Assembly (NCBI GenBank): GCA_027062325.1
Contig: JAMOTN010000028.1
Span: 1 to 44,340 of the forward strand
DNA from: a bacterium
Lineage (GTDB): Bacteria > JAMOTN01
DNA: 44,340 bases
Direction: 5' to 3'
The position numbers were made by a program, and so were the translations under genes. This document shows positions 33,298-43,328 of the stretch, piece after piece. Each line of letters starts with the position of its first letter. Positions within the stretch are counted from its first letter, which is position 1. The notes under the pieces were generated by a model, which did not search any database, had not been told where the DNA came from, and saw only the letters and a list, made by a program, of their open reading frames with translations.

Positions 33298-34977
33298 TTA
33301 AAATGGAACTACATCCTCGTCTTCTGAAGCTGAATTGTGAGAGATTTGTGATGCTGAAGAAGTTGTTGTTTCTAGATCTTCAGCAGGAATCAATGTTCCC
33401 CCGAATACATCTAGAACTTTGTTTATAAATTCTTCTTTTTGTGAAACTTTAAATAGAACCTTGAGTCCCATGGTTTCTAATACGATTTTTTCAACGAGCT
33501 TTTTCTTTTTATCGTCGAAGTTTTTGGAAAAGATTTTACTTTTTGATTCGGGGTAGAATATAACGAGATTTTCTCCTTCTTGCCAAATTTGAGCTTCTCT
33601 GAGTAAGGAGGATAGTACAATGCTCTTTTTTCTGACAGCATTGAGAAGCTTTTGGGCTAAATCGGGATTGTGTGGAGGTAAGGATTGAGAAGTTGTAGTT
33701 GATTGTGTAGGTTTGGTTGTTAAGGTTATATTTTGCGAAGAATTTGTAAGTGTTGGTTTTGATGTTGATGATGTAATAGAGGAGGTGGTTGAAGATTTTT
33801 CTTGGGAAGCAACCGTTTTTGTGTTTGTTGATTTGTATTTAGGAAATGCTTGATCTATTTGGTGTTCTGTTTTTTGTTTCTCTTCTGCAACTTTTTCTTC
33901 TGCAGGAGATTTATCAGATGCTTTATCAGAGGGCAGTGGTACTAGATTTTCTCCTGCCAGTTCTATTAACATTTTGACGGTGATTTTAGCAATGGTTAAA
34001 TTCGAGGATTTAAGAGAATAAAGTCTGTCTGCTAATTTATCCAGATCTTGAAAAGAAGCTTTTTTTATTATGAAGTCCAGTTTAGATAATAATTCTTCAA
34101 ATATGAAGTTTAGGTTTCTACCTTCCCAGTAAATACGTTCGATTATTTCAAAAGCTCTATCTACATCGGTTGATTTAATGGCTTCTGCGAGTTCCTCAGT
34201 TGCTTTCACACTACCTAGGCCTAATATGCTCTCTACAAATTCTGCAGTTACTTTTTCTTCATCGCTTGCTAGAAAGGCTGCCACTACTTGCTCTAGGCTT
34301 GTCAGAGCATCACGCATTCCACCATCTGCAAACTCTGCGATTCTGAAAAGAGCTTTTTCTTCAATTTGAATTGGTTGAAATTTAGATTCCTGCTCAATAA
34401 CGAATTTGAGGTAATCTACGATCTCCTCAGGTTTTAACCTTTTGAATTCGAAGTGGATACAACGACTTCTGATTGTTGGAATAACGCGTTCTGGTTCGGT
34501 TGTGGCAAGGACAAATACTACAAAAGATGGTGGTTCTTCTAGGGTTTTAAGGAGAGCATTAGAAGCTTCTTTAGTTAGCATGTGGGCTTCGTCAATTATG
34601 TAGATTTTGTAACTTCCCACAGAAGGAGCAAGAGATACTGAGTCTCTTATTTCTCTTATTTGATCTATTCCACGATTGCTTGCTGCATCGAGTTCAAATA
34701 AATCGGGAAAAGATCCCTCATCAATTGATTTACATATGTCACACGAACAGCATGGCTCAGCACCACTTCTGTTAGGGCAGTTTAAGGATTTTGCTAGTAG
34801 ACGAGCAGTTGAGGTTTTTCCAGTGCCGCGTGGTCCGGAAAATAGATATGCTCCTGCGACTGAGTTGCTTTCCAAAGCTTTGGTTAAGGCTTTGACAATA
34901 TGAGATTGACCACGCATTTGTGAAAAAGTTTTAAAGCGATAGCGCCTATGGAGAGAGGACCACGCTTTGACAGCCAT
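33298..34977 (-). CDS. dnaX: DNA polymerase III subunit gamma/tau
   Basis: GPRGTGKT, Zn motif C..PCCSCDIC, ELDAAS, IIDEAHML, NALLKTLEEPP, SRC, GGMRDA. Confidence 0.96.
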   Translation of the reverse strand: MAVKAWSSLHRRYRFKTFSQMRGQSHIVKALTKALESNSVAGAYLFSGPRGTGKTSTARLLAKSLNCPNRSGAEPCCSCDICKSIDEGSFPDLFELDAASNRGIDQIREIRDSVSLAPSVGSYKIYIIDEAHMLTKEASNALLKTLEEPPSFVVFVLATTEPERVIPTIRSRCIHFEFKRLKPEEIVDYLKFVIEQESKFQPIQIEEKALFRIAEFADGGMRDALTSLEQVVAAFLASDEEKVTAEFVESILGLGSVKATEELAEAIKSTDVDRAFEIIERIYWEGRNLNFIFEELLSKLDFIIKKASFQDLDKLADRLYSLKSSNLTIAKITVKMLIELAGENLVPLPSDKASDKSPAEEKVAEEKQKTEHQIDQAFPKYKSTNTKTVASQEKSSTTSSITSSTSKPTLTNSSQNITLTTKPTQSTTTSQSLPPHNPDLAQKLLNAVRKKSIVLSSLLREAQIWQEGENLVIFYPESKSKIFSKNFDDKKKKLVEKIVLETMGLKVLFKVSQKEEFINKVLDVFGGTLIPAEDLETTTSSASQISHNSASEDEDVVPF

Positions 34978-34987
34978 TTTTTACACC

Positions 34988-37786
34988 TCACTTGGAAGAG
35001 CTTTCTGTTGTACCAGTGTGAATATTGAGGTTTAGATTGCTTTTTAATTTTTTGATTTCCACCGTTGATAAAATAAATGAAGCTTTATCCAATATGTAAT
35101 TTATTATCCGCTTATCTAGCATTGAGGAGAATTTAGCAAGTTTTGAGTAGAGAAGTTGGGCACGCTTTGGGTTGATTTGAGAGAATACAGAGTTGACTCC
35201 CACCTTTAGAATATAATCTTGAGCATCTTTCAGGGCGCTTTCAGCTTCTTTTGTAGATGATTCAAAGGCAAAAGCTCTTAACATTACCACACCTGCAGGT
35301 AAAAATTGATGTAATTTTGCATAAAGATGAGCACATTCTTTTAAAGTTTGGGGATTATTTATACCTAGGTTAACAGCTTTTTGTAGGTTGAAGAGTATGT
35401 CTTTTGATGTAGGATTAATCTTATAAAGGAGTTGAGCTTTTAATAGGTAGGAATCTCTTAATAAAGCGGCGACATCTTTTGCTTTTATCTTTGAAAATAC
35501 GGATTGAGCAAAAGAAATTGCATTATCTAACTTTCTAATATCTCCGGTTTGTTTAGCGAGTTGGTAAGAGGAGAGGGCAAAATCAAACATATACCTAGTA
35601 TCGTTTGGACTAATGGCAAGTAATCTTGTTGCCCATTTATTTGCTTCCTGCCAATTGTTGTACTGCTTAGCTATGAAGAGAAGATTTTCAAGAGCTAACT
35701 TATCTCGTGGAGATATTTCAACAATTTTTTCAAAAAGTTCTTTTGCCTCGTCAAATTTTTTCAAGAACATCTTTACTCTTGCTTTGGCTTGAAGAGCTGT
35801 AAGATTAAGTGCAGAATTTGGAATTGAATCAAGCTCATGTTCTGCTGATGCAATCATTTTCATGCGCCAGTAGGCTTCTGCTTTCAGAAGAGATAGTTGA
35901 TCTCGTCTAGCTCCATGCTTAATACCTTCATCAGCTATTTCAACTGCGATTGCGGGGAACCCTGATGTTAAAAATAGTTCTGCTGCTGCAATAAATGCGT
36001 TTTTATTTTGAGAAGCGACCCCAATACTTCTTTTTGCCAGGTATAGAGCCTCTGCAATTTTACGATTAAGTTTTTTGATTTGGGAAGCAAGTGAACATGT
36101 GAATGTGCTCATACCATAGTAAAGGGCTTCATCTACTGCTTTATCTGCTTCTTTGACTTTACCTGTAGCCAGAAGAAGGTTTGCAACGTGAAACTTTGTC
36201 TCTGGATTGTAGGGGAAACGAGAGTTGCTAAATTGAATTGCTTGAGCAGCTGCTTGAAGGGCTCTTTTGTTTGATACGCCAAACTGTGAGATTATTGAAA
36301 CGGTTTGTTTGAGGCTAACATCGGCTGTTATGTGCCGAATTGGCAAGTAAAGCATACCCAGCACGAGCAGACTTCCCACAGGCATGAACAGCCATGAGGC
36401 AAACTCGGGAATTTCGAACTTTTTCTGTTCTCTTTTAACAAATAGATTGTACGAGTTAAGTGCAATTAGAAGGGAAAATATTACAGTTAATTTGGGCATG
36501 AGACGTTGGAATGGAAAACCGAAGAAAGCGACAGTCATGAAACCTACAATAGAAGATAAAGCTCCCACTACTATGTACTTACTCTCCCAATCAGTTTGTT
36601 TCATAGTATTTATACCCCTTGCAAAGGCTCTGAAGAAAAATAGAAGAAAGAAGAACAACGCAAATATTCCCAAATCTGTAGTAACATTGATGTATTCGTT
36701 ATGAGAGCGAGCAAAGTTAAGAGCGTGGCGCAGCCACTTATCGTGATTTTCCAATGTTTGATTTACCGTTCGGAATTGATATTCAGGATAAAAGATCCTG
36801 TATGTCCAAAGTCCTGTTCCGGTTCCTGGTTGTTCTGAAACAAGCCTTAAAGAGGACCACCACATTAGGAAACGCTGCCAGATTGTAGATGTGTAATAGA
36901 ATTTACTCAGAGACAGCCCCATCTTTTTACTAACAAAGAAGAGTATAATAAATATTAATAGTATTGCGATAATTATCCAAACAACTAGCTTTCTCCACCT
37001 TTTATCGAATATGATTTCTCTTGACATAAGTAAGAAAAAGAGTCCTCCCATAATCATTCCTAACATTGCTGCTCTTGTAACAGATACCCATACGCACGTT
37101 GCTATTATCAGGAAAAGACCTGCAAAAACAAAACCCCACTTACGCTTTTGGGGAGATTTAATATAGGCAACAGCAATCCCAGCTGCCAGCCACATTGATG
37201 GGACTAGATACTCCGTAAGGAAGTTTGGGTTTCCAAAAAATGAGAAAACTCTTTTTTTTCCTATTGCTCCTATGACGTTTTGTGCTCCGAAAATTGGGTC
37301 GATTCCAAAGTATTGGAGAACTCCATAAAAAGCTGTTAAACTGGCAGCAATTGATATTACGGTAATTGTTAACTTTACATTTTCTACGGTATCTGCAAGA
37401 TAATTAGCAGCTATTAAAGCAAACCAGTAGTAACTTGTGAGGGATAAAAACCAAAAGAGGCTCCATCCTTGACGCATAGAAAATATTGCAGCGGTAAAAG
37501 CAAAGACTAAAAACATGAGAGGCTCAAATTTAAGAGGAATGTGTATTTTTTCGGTTTTATTTCCAGAAAGTCCAATTCTCAGCAAGTATATGGCTACTGT
37601 TGGGATTATAATTATTCTAAATAAAAATTCTTTTGCTCCTAAAAAATTCTGCTTTGTGTATTGTGAGTATACAAATGGGATTACTGCAAATATGAAGAGT
37701 AATGCAAATCGAATTACAAAATCTATAAATTTCAAAGTTGTAGGATTCGCTGCCGAAGAGTTCAAGCTAGTAGATTTTTGAGCCAT
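34988..37786 (-). CDS. O-antigen ligase-like (Wzy_C) membrane protein with C-terminal TPR domain
   Basis: About 12-13 TMs; SFFGNPN, TRAA, R..MW, GTGLWTY, SHNEY motifs; TPR-like C-terminal half. Confidence 0.8.
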   Translation of the reverse strand: MAQKSTSLNSSAANPTTLKFIDFVIRFALLFIFAVIPFVYSQYTKQNFLGAKEFLFRIIIIPTVAIYLLRIGLSGNKTEKIHIPLKFEPLMFLVFAFTAAIFSMRQGWSLFWFLSLTSYYWFALIAANYLADTVENVKLTITVISIAASLTAFYGVLQYFGIDPIFGAQNVIGAIGKKRVFSFFGNPNFLTEYLVPSMWLAAGIAVAYIKSPQKRKWGFVFAGLFLIIATCVWVSVTRAAMLGMIMGGLFFLLMSREIIFDKRWRKLVVWIIIAILLIFIILFFVSKKMGLSLSKFYYTSTIWQRFLMWWSSLRLVSEQPGTGTGLWTYRIFYPEYQFRTVNQTLENHDKWLRHALNFARSHNEYINVTTDLGIFALFFFLLFFFRAFARGINTMKQTDWESKYIVVGALSSIVGFMTVAFFGFPFQRLMPKLTVIFSLLIALNSYNLFVKREQKKFEIPEFASWLFMPVGSLLVLGMLYLPIRHITADVSLKQTVSIISQFGVSNKRALQAAAQAIQFSNSRFPYNPETKFHVANLLLATGKVKEADKAVDEALYYGMSTFTCSLASQIKKLNRKIAEALYLAKRSIGVASQNKNAFIAAAELFLTSGFPAIAVEIADEGIKHGARRDQLSLLKAEAYWRMKMIASAEHELDSIPNSALNLTALQAKARVKMFLKKFDEAKELFEKIVEISPRDKLALENLLFIAKQYNNWQEANKWATRLLAISPNDTRYMFDFALSSYQLAKQTGDIRKLDNAISFAQSVFSKIKAKDVAALLRDSYLLKAQLLYKINPTSKDILFNLQKAVNLGINNPQTLKECAHLYAKLHQFLPAGVVMLRAFAFESSTKEAESALKDAQDYILKVGVNSVFSQINPKRAQLLYSKLAKFSSMLDKRIINYILDKASFILSTVEIKKLKSNLNLNIHTGTTESSSK

Positions 37787-37840
37787 ATTTATCCTCTCCT
37801 TTGACAGACATTTAAGATTTTAAAGTGGTTGTTCTTACAT

Positions 37841-40279
37841 TTATTCAATCATCTTTTTCATCTCAGCCAGAATATTTAGTGCTTCTATAGGGGTTACCTT
37901 ATTAAGCTCAATGCTTTTTAGGTACTCTTCAACTTTACTACTTGCTATATTACCAAAAAGCACGTTTTTTACAACTAAGCTTTGATTTTTACGTTCACTT
38001 TCAAGCCAAGCTAGGATCTCTTCTGCTCTCTGTAAAATTTCATCTGGAATTGAGGCTAATTTCGCCACATAAATTCCGTAGCTTTTATTGGATACTCCCT
38101 CCACTATTCTATATAGAAAGACAATTTCCGCTCCTGTTTCTTTAACCTTTGTTGTATAGAAGTTGACTCGCGGAAGATTCAACTTCGAAAGCTCATGGTA
38201 ATGAGTTGCAAATAGAGTTTTGGCTCCAATAGTGTTGTGCACATACTCTACTATACTCCATGCGATTGATATTCCATCATAAGTACTTGTGCCGCGTCCT
38301 ATTTCATCAAATATGATGAGACTGTTTTTAGTAGCACTTCTTAAAATCTGGGCAGTTTCTGACATCTCTACCATGAATGTGGATTTACCACGAGCTAAGT
38401 TATCAGCTGCTCCAATTCTTGCAAATATTCCATCAACAGGTTTAAAGATAAGTTTATCTGCCGGAACCCATAAACCAGCTTGAGCCATCAAGATGATAGT
38501 TGCTACCTGCCTTATATATGTGGATTTTCCAGCCATGTTCGGCCCAGTTATTATGTGTATTTCTCCATCTTTTAATTCTGTATTGTTTGGCACGAACTCT
38601 GTGAGTTGCTCAACGACTGGATGACGACCATTTTCAATGCGTAAAATATCTTCGGTTGTAATTATGGGTTTTGAATAGTTATTTTTGCAAGCAAACTCAG
38701 CAAATGAGGCAGCAACATCTAATTCTGCTATCTCATTTGCTATTAGAATTATCTCTTCTTGATACGATAAAATTTCATCGATCAATTGAGAATAAAATTC
38801 CCGTTCAGTTTCTTCAAGAGAAGATGAAGCTTTGAGGATCTCAAGCTCTAGGGATTTTAACTCTTGAGTGGTATAACGTTCAGCTTGTTTCAGAGTTTGT
38901 TTTCTGTCCCACTCTACAGGTACCTTTGATATTTGAGATTTTGTTACTTCTATGTAATATCCAAGTTGTCTGTTGTAACCTATGCGCAAATTTTTAATAC
39001 CTGTTTTCTCACGTAAGGAACTTTCTAAGTTTATCATGTACTGTTCTGTGTTTTCAATTAATTGGTAGAGTTTATCAAGCTCTGGAAAAACACCTGATTT
39101 AAATATGCCTTTTCCAACTTCTGAAGGGTCATCTTTAAACTTATTTTCAAGTTCTGAACAGATAAACGCTAAGTTGCTGTGTTTTGTGAGAGTTGATGCT
39201 GTTTGGAGTGAATCTAAGAATGAGAGAAAATGACGTGGATGCAGTTTGTGACGTTGGGCTTTTAATTTACTGAATTGACGTTGAATATCGCCTATTTTTT
39301 CGAGAGCTGCAAGTGTAGAGATGCGATTTTCGGGATCTGAGACAAACTTTTCAATTAGATTCCACTTTTCTTGAAGGGAAGATACATTTTTATCTGGATT
39401 TAGAAGACGTTTTCTCAAAAGACGCTTTCCCATAGGAGTGCGCATAACAGATAAGATGGAAAATAGAGAAATCCCACCCTTTAAAAGGGGATCGACTATT
39501 TCAAGGTTGCGTATCGTATTGTCGTCTAGATTAACGTTTTCTGTGAATGAAAAGTACTTAGGTTCAGAAATCAGCTCACATGACTGAGGGTATACTGTAT
39601 TTAAATACTCTGTAAGAATTTGCCATGCACGTGCGAATGGATAATTGGTGAGTGGTGATAAAGGTACCCAATTTATTGATTTTTTTTCCGTGTTCAAATT
39701 TAAACCTTTTTCTATTATGAGTTCACTTGGAGAGACGACGTTTATTAGACGTTCAACTTCTGTTTTTGTGCCTTTGAACCAATAGGCTTCAGAAGTTGAA
39801 AGATCTGCCCAGACTACTTCTATTGGAAAGGTTAGGGCTACAGCCATTATGAAATTGTTTTTTTCTTCAGATAGTAGCTCTTCTTCGTATATGGTTCCAG
39901 GAGTTATGACTCTTACAACTCCACGTCTTACCAATTTTTTTCCATCAGGTTCTTCGAGTTGATCACAAATTGCTACGTGATAGCCTGCCTCCACCAATCT
40001 CTTTATATAACGAGAAAAGGCGTGAATTGGAATGCCGGCCATTGGAAGATCAATGTCTTTGGAGCGGCGGGTTAAGGCTATACCTAGGATTTTACTTGCA
40101 ATTTCTGCATCTTCTCCAAACAGCTCATAAAAATCTCCCATTTGAAAAAGGAGAAGAGTGTTTGGATAGCCAGACTTTATCTCTATGTATTGCTTGAGCC
40201 ACGGTGTTAGCTTATCGCGTGGAATTTTGGCGATGTAATTGTCGTTTATGTTTTTTATGGCGGCGCTAATGTCTCCCAC
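37841..40279 (-). CDS. mutS: DNA mismatch repair protein MutS (MutS1)
   Basis: MGDFYELF, TPMGKR, GRHPVVE, TGPNMAGKSTY, STFMVEM, DEIGRGTST, THYHEL, SYGI. Confidence 0.97.
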   Translation of the reverse strand: MGDISAAIKNINDNYIAKIPRDKLTPWLKQYIEIKSGYPNTLLLFQMGDFYELFGEDAEIASKILGIALTRRSKDIDLPMAGIPIHAFSRYIKRLVEAGYHVAICDQLEEPDGKKLVRRGVVRVITPGTIYEEELLSEEKNNFIMAVALTFPIEVVWADLSTSEAYWFKGTKTEVERLINVVSPSELIIEKGLNLNTEKKSINWVPLSPLTNYPFARAWQILTEYLNTVYPQSCELISEPKYFSFTENVNLDDNTIRNLEIVDPLLKGGISLFSILSVMRTPMGKRLLRKRLLNPDKNVSSLQEKWNLIEKFVSDPENRISTLAALEKIGDIQRQFSKLKAQRHKLHPRHFLSFLDSLQTASTLTKHSNLAFICSELENKFKDDPSEVGKGIFKSGVFPELDKLYQLIENTEQYMINLESSLREKTGIKNLRIGYNRQLGYYIEVTKSQISKVPVEWDRKQTLKQAERYTTQELKSLELEILKASSSLEETEREFYSQLIDEILSYQEEIILIANEIAELDVAASFAEFACKNNYSKPIITTEDILRIENGRHPVVEQLTEFVPNNTELKDGEIHIITGPNMAGKSTYIRQVATIILMAQAGLWVPADKLIFKPVDGIFARIGAADNLARGKSTFMVEMSETAQILRSATKNSLIIFDEIGRGTSTYDGISIAWSIVEYVHNTIGAKTLFATHYHELSKLNLPRVNFYTTKVKETGAEIVFLYRIVEGVSNKSYGIYVAKLASIPDEILQRAEEILAWLESERKNQSLVVKNVLFGNIASSKVEEYLKSIELNKVTPIEALNILAEMKKMIE

Positions 40280-40315
40280 TTCGCCGTCCTCCTGTCGAGT
40301 TTAGCTTTGCGTACG

Positions 40316-41470
40316 TTAATCTTTGACTGCTACATTGACTCTGTCAATCAAAATGTAACCCGATAAATCTCCGTACAACTTGGATATACCAATAATTTTG
40401 AAAAGCATCTCCCAGATATTGTCACCTATTGTTACGTTTAAAAAGCTTCCCTTGAATTCTCCGTTTTGCCATATATAACCATCTGCCGAAAGAGAGTAAT
40501 TTCCACTGTAAGGATTGACTCCGCCCACTTCTTTTGTGCGGATAATCTCAAGTACTGTATCGCAGCTTCTAAGATCATCGACTTCTACTTCACCTTCAAC
40601 TACTGGCGTTGGGGAACAAGTTCTTAATCCAGTTCTAGAGCCAGATTTTACTCCTAACTTTTTAGATGTATAGGTGTCTCCGGCAAAATTAGTAAATATT
40701 CCATTTTGTATAAAGAAATCTTTTTGTTTTGGAAGACCTTCCCAATCGATTTGAGAGCGCCAATCTTTTAAAACACTAGGGTCGGATTTTAGATTGAGAA
40801 TAGAAGTTGCAATCATTCTACCGCGCTTGTTTTCCAGAGTAGATGCTTTCCTAAGGAGCTGATAGGCATCTATGTGTACTAGAAGATTTGAAATGAAATC
40901 TTCTGCAATTGACGGGGATAGAAGGACCTTGTATTTACCGCTTTTAAGTTTACCAACTTCAGACAAACGTTCTATTTGCTCCACAGCCTCTGCTATTGCT
41001 TTTTCAACCGAGGCTGGACCTGATGCATGTCCAAAGCCTGAGAGAGAACCTTTTGCAAGTGCAACCCAGCAGTAAGCGACATTGTACTCGGAAGATGAAT
41101 CAATTCCTGTTGAAGATGTAACAGCCACTTTTTCACGGCCAGCAACGTAGAATAGCTTTTCAAATTTATAAGGAACTTGCTTTACCATCTCCTGTACAGC
41201 GTCAAATGAAATGTGCTTATAGTTAGGTGCTTTGTGTGAAAATTTGACATTTTCAGGTATTTCAAACTCTGTTTCTGTTGGATAGGATTTAAGGGTCTCC
41301 TCTTCTGGATTTTCAATATCTGCTTCAAATGTTGCAGAGTAAAGTTTTTCCTCCTTTTTAACAACGCAAGTTATAGATTTGTCTTTGCGCTTTTGAATGC
41401 GCCAGTTTTCGTTACCATCGTATATGACTTCTACTGCATTGGTTACTACTTCTCGTTTAAAAGTTAACAT
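40316..41470 (-). CDS. PmbA/TldE-like protein, divergent
   Basis: SGKYKVLLSP, IDWEGLP, GVNPYSGNYSL, VTIGDN match the PmbA/TldE C-terminal region; no HExxH. Confidence 0.7.
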   Translation of the reverse strand: MLTFKREVVTNAVEVIYDGNENWRIQKRKDKSITCVVKKEEKLYSATFEADIENPEEETLKSYPTETEFEIPENVKFSHKAPNYKHISFDAVQEMVKQVPYKFEKLFYVAGREKVAVTSSTGIDSSSEYNVAYCWVALAKGSLSGFGHASGPASVEKAIAEAVEQIERLSEVGKLKSGKYKVLLSPSIAEDFISNLLVHIDAYQLLRKASTLENKRGRMIATSILNLKSDPSVLKDWRSQIDWEGLPKQKDFFIQNGIFTNFAGDTYTSKKLGVKSGSRTGLRTCSPTPVVEGEVEVDDLRSCDTVLEIIRTKEVGGVNPYSGNYSLSADGYIWQNGEFKGSFLNVTIGDNIWEMLFKIIGISKLYGDLSGYILIDRVNVAVKD

Positions 41471-41513
41471 ATCAGTCGCCTCCTTTGGAGAGTGATTTTT
41501 CTAAAAAAAGGAT

Positions 41514-41549
41514 AACAAAAAGGGGACAGTGCTGCACACACTGCCCCCT
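41514..41549 (-). terminator. Intrinsic terminator after the aldehyde dehydrogenase gene
   Basis: Minus strand AGGGGGCAGTG-TGTGCAG-CACTGTCCCCT followed by TTTTGTT. Confidence 0.8.
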
Positions 41550-41575
41550 GTGAAAAAATTAAAAGAATTGCTACA

Positions 41576-43105
41576 TTAGGCATCAATTTGAGAACGTTGA
41601 AGGCGTCCTGAGAAATCAATGTATATGGATTTCCATTCGCTGTAAGATTCAATCCCAGCGATTCCTGCTTCTCTATGTCCATTTCCCGTTCCACGAACTC
41701 CTCCAAATGGAAGCTGAATTTCAGCTCCAATTGTTCCTTGACCGTTGACGTAGCATATACCCGTTCTGATCCACTGAACAGCATAAAGAGCTTTGTTGAT
41801 GTCTTGAGTAAATATTCCAGCGGATAATCCGTATTGGACAGAATTGTTTACCTCAATTGCTTCATCCAAGGATTTGACTTTAATGGCACTCAATACAGGA
41901 CCGAATATCTCTTCCTGTGCAATAGTTGCGTTCGGTTCAACATCGGCAAACAAGGTTGGCGAGTAGAAGTATCCGTTTGCACACTCACCTTCTGTATAAC
42001 GTTCTCCACCAATCACAAGACGTCCCTCATTTTTTCCAATTTCTACGTAATGTTCAACTTTTCTAAGTTGAGCCTCAAAGGCAAGAGGACCAACTTGAGT
42101 ATTTGGATCAAGGCCGTTTCCTATACGAAGTTGTTTGATTTTTTCCGCTACGCGTTCAATGACTTCATCATATACCTTTTCGTGCACAATAATGCGTGAG
42201 CAAGCGGTGCAGCGTTGACCAGTTGTTCCGAATGCACTCCATGTGATTCCATCTACTGCTAAATCAAGGTTTGCGTCATCCATGACTATTATTGCATTTT
42301 TTCCACCAAGCTCTGTCATAACTTTCTTCATGTGCCGTCCTGCAACTTCACAAGCCAATTTACCAACAGCAAGGGATCCAGTGAAGGAGATCATATCTAT
42401 GTCTGGATGTTCAAAAAGAAGCGTTCCACAATCTTTTCCAGTTGCTACCACCATGTTAAGAACTCCTTCTGGAAGACCTGCCTCTTCTAAAGCTTTAACA
42501 AATTCTGCTGCACAGGCTGCAGTGTGTTCACTTGGTTTGAATACAACGGTATTTCCTGCAACTAGTGCCGGAAATATTTTCCATGCTGGAATTGCAATTG
42601 GGAAGTTCCACGGTGTTATTGCAGCAACGACTCCAATAGGATCTCGGACTGCTATACACCACTTGTTTTTGAGCTCACTTGGTACGTAATATCCAAAAAG
42701 GCGCCTTCCTTCGCCACCCATGTAAAAAGCCATATCAATTGCCTCTTGGACATCTCCACGTGCTTCCTCGATAACTTTTCCCATCTCGCGAGTCATGAGA
42801 CGGGCAAGTTCTTCTTTTCTCTCAAGAAGAATTTGCCCAGCTTTGTATATTATTTCAGCTCTTTTGGGGGCAGGAGTTCCCTGCCACATTTTTTTTGCAT
42901 TTTTAGCTGCCTCTATTGCTTTGAGTATGTCTTCTTGATTTGAAAGAGGAACGATGCTAACTATCTCGTTAATGTTTGCTGGATTCTCTCTTTCAAAAGT
43001 ACGTCCTGTTACTGATGGTACCCATTTACCGTTAATGTAGTTTTTTACCTCAATTGCATTGCTGTAATCCTTTTCCTTTTGGGTTTGTGTAGTCATCACA
43101 TCCAC
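41576..43105 (-). CDS. NAD(P)-dependent aldehyde dehydrogenase
   Basis: ITPWNFP, FKPSE, FTGS, ELGGKN, AFGTTGQRCTA (catalytic Cys), EEIFGP, PFGG. Confidence 0.96.
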   Translation of the reverse strand: MDVMTTQTQKEKDYSNAIEVKNYINGKWVPSVTGRTFERENPANINEIVSIVPLSNQEDILKAIEAAKNAKKMWQGTPAPKRAEIIYKAGQILLERKEELARLMTREMGKVIEEARGDVQEAIDMAFYMGGEGRRLFGYYVPSELKNKWCIAVRDPIGVVAAITPWNFPIAIPAWKIFPALVAGNTVVFKPSEHTAACAAEFVKALEEAGLPEGVLNMVVATGKDCGTLLFEHPDIDMISFTGSLAVGKLACEVAGRHMKKVMTELGGKNAIIVMDDANLDLAVDGITWSAFGTTGQRCTACSRIIVHEKVYDEVIERVAEKIKQLRIGNGLDPNTQVGPLAFEAQLRKVEHYVEIGKNEGRLVIGGERYTEGECANGYFYSPTLFADVEPNATIAQEEIFGPVLSAIKVKSLDEAIEVNNSVQYGLSAGIFTQDINKALYAVQWIRTGICYVNGQGTIGAEIQLPFGGVRGTGNGHREAGIAGIESYSEWKSIYIDFSGRLQRSQIDA

Positions 43106-43214
43106 CTCCTAGAGTGCTTTGGTGCAGATATACGAGTATCTATATGACCATTATAACTTATATTGTGGCAACAGTTCACTTCAATTTAGTGGCTTCTAAA
43201 TTTTTTTAGCTGAG

Positions 43215-43243
43215 TTTAATTTGGATGTGGATTTTGTTATAAT
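43215..43243 (+). promoter_or_regulatory. Sigma70 promoter of the rimP-nusA operon
   Basis: TTTAAT-17 bp-TATAAT with extended TG (TGTTATAAT at 43235-43243). Confidence 0.65.
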
Positions 43244-43257
43244 AACTCCTGAAAAAC

Positions 43258-43291
43258 TAGGGGGCTTGTGAAAAGCCCCCTAATTGTTTTT
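43258..43291 (+). promoter_or_regulatory. rimP leader hairpin / putative attenuator
   Basis: TAGGGGGCTT-GTGAA-AAGCCCCCTA then ATTGTTTTT, between the promoter and the rimP start; GGGC/GCCC stem typical of rimP leaders. Confidence 0.7.
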
Positions 43292-43328
43292 ATGTGAGTT
43301 TACTCTATTAAAAAAAGAGGTGTCAGGT

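Noticed and set aside
41464-41784. 106-aa minus-strand ORF
   Set aside because: Overlaps the aldehyde dehydrogenase 3' end out of frame and runs through its terminator.
43146-43173. dif-like site GACCATTATAA-CTTATA-TTGTGGCAACA
   Set aside because: Poor match to the XerD arm TTATGTTAAAT, located in a promoter region, and no evident skew switch.
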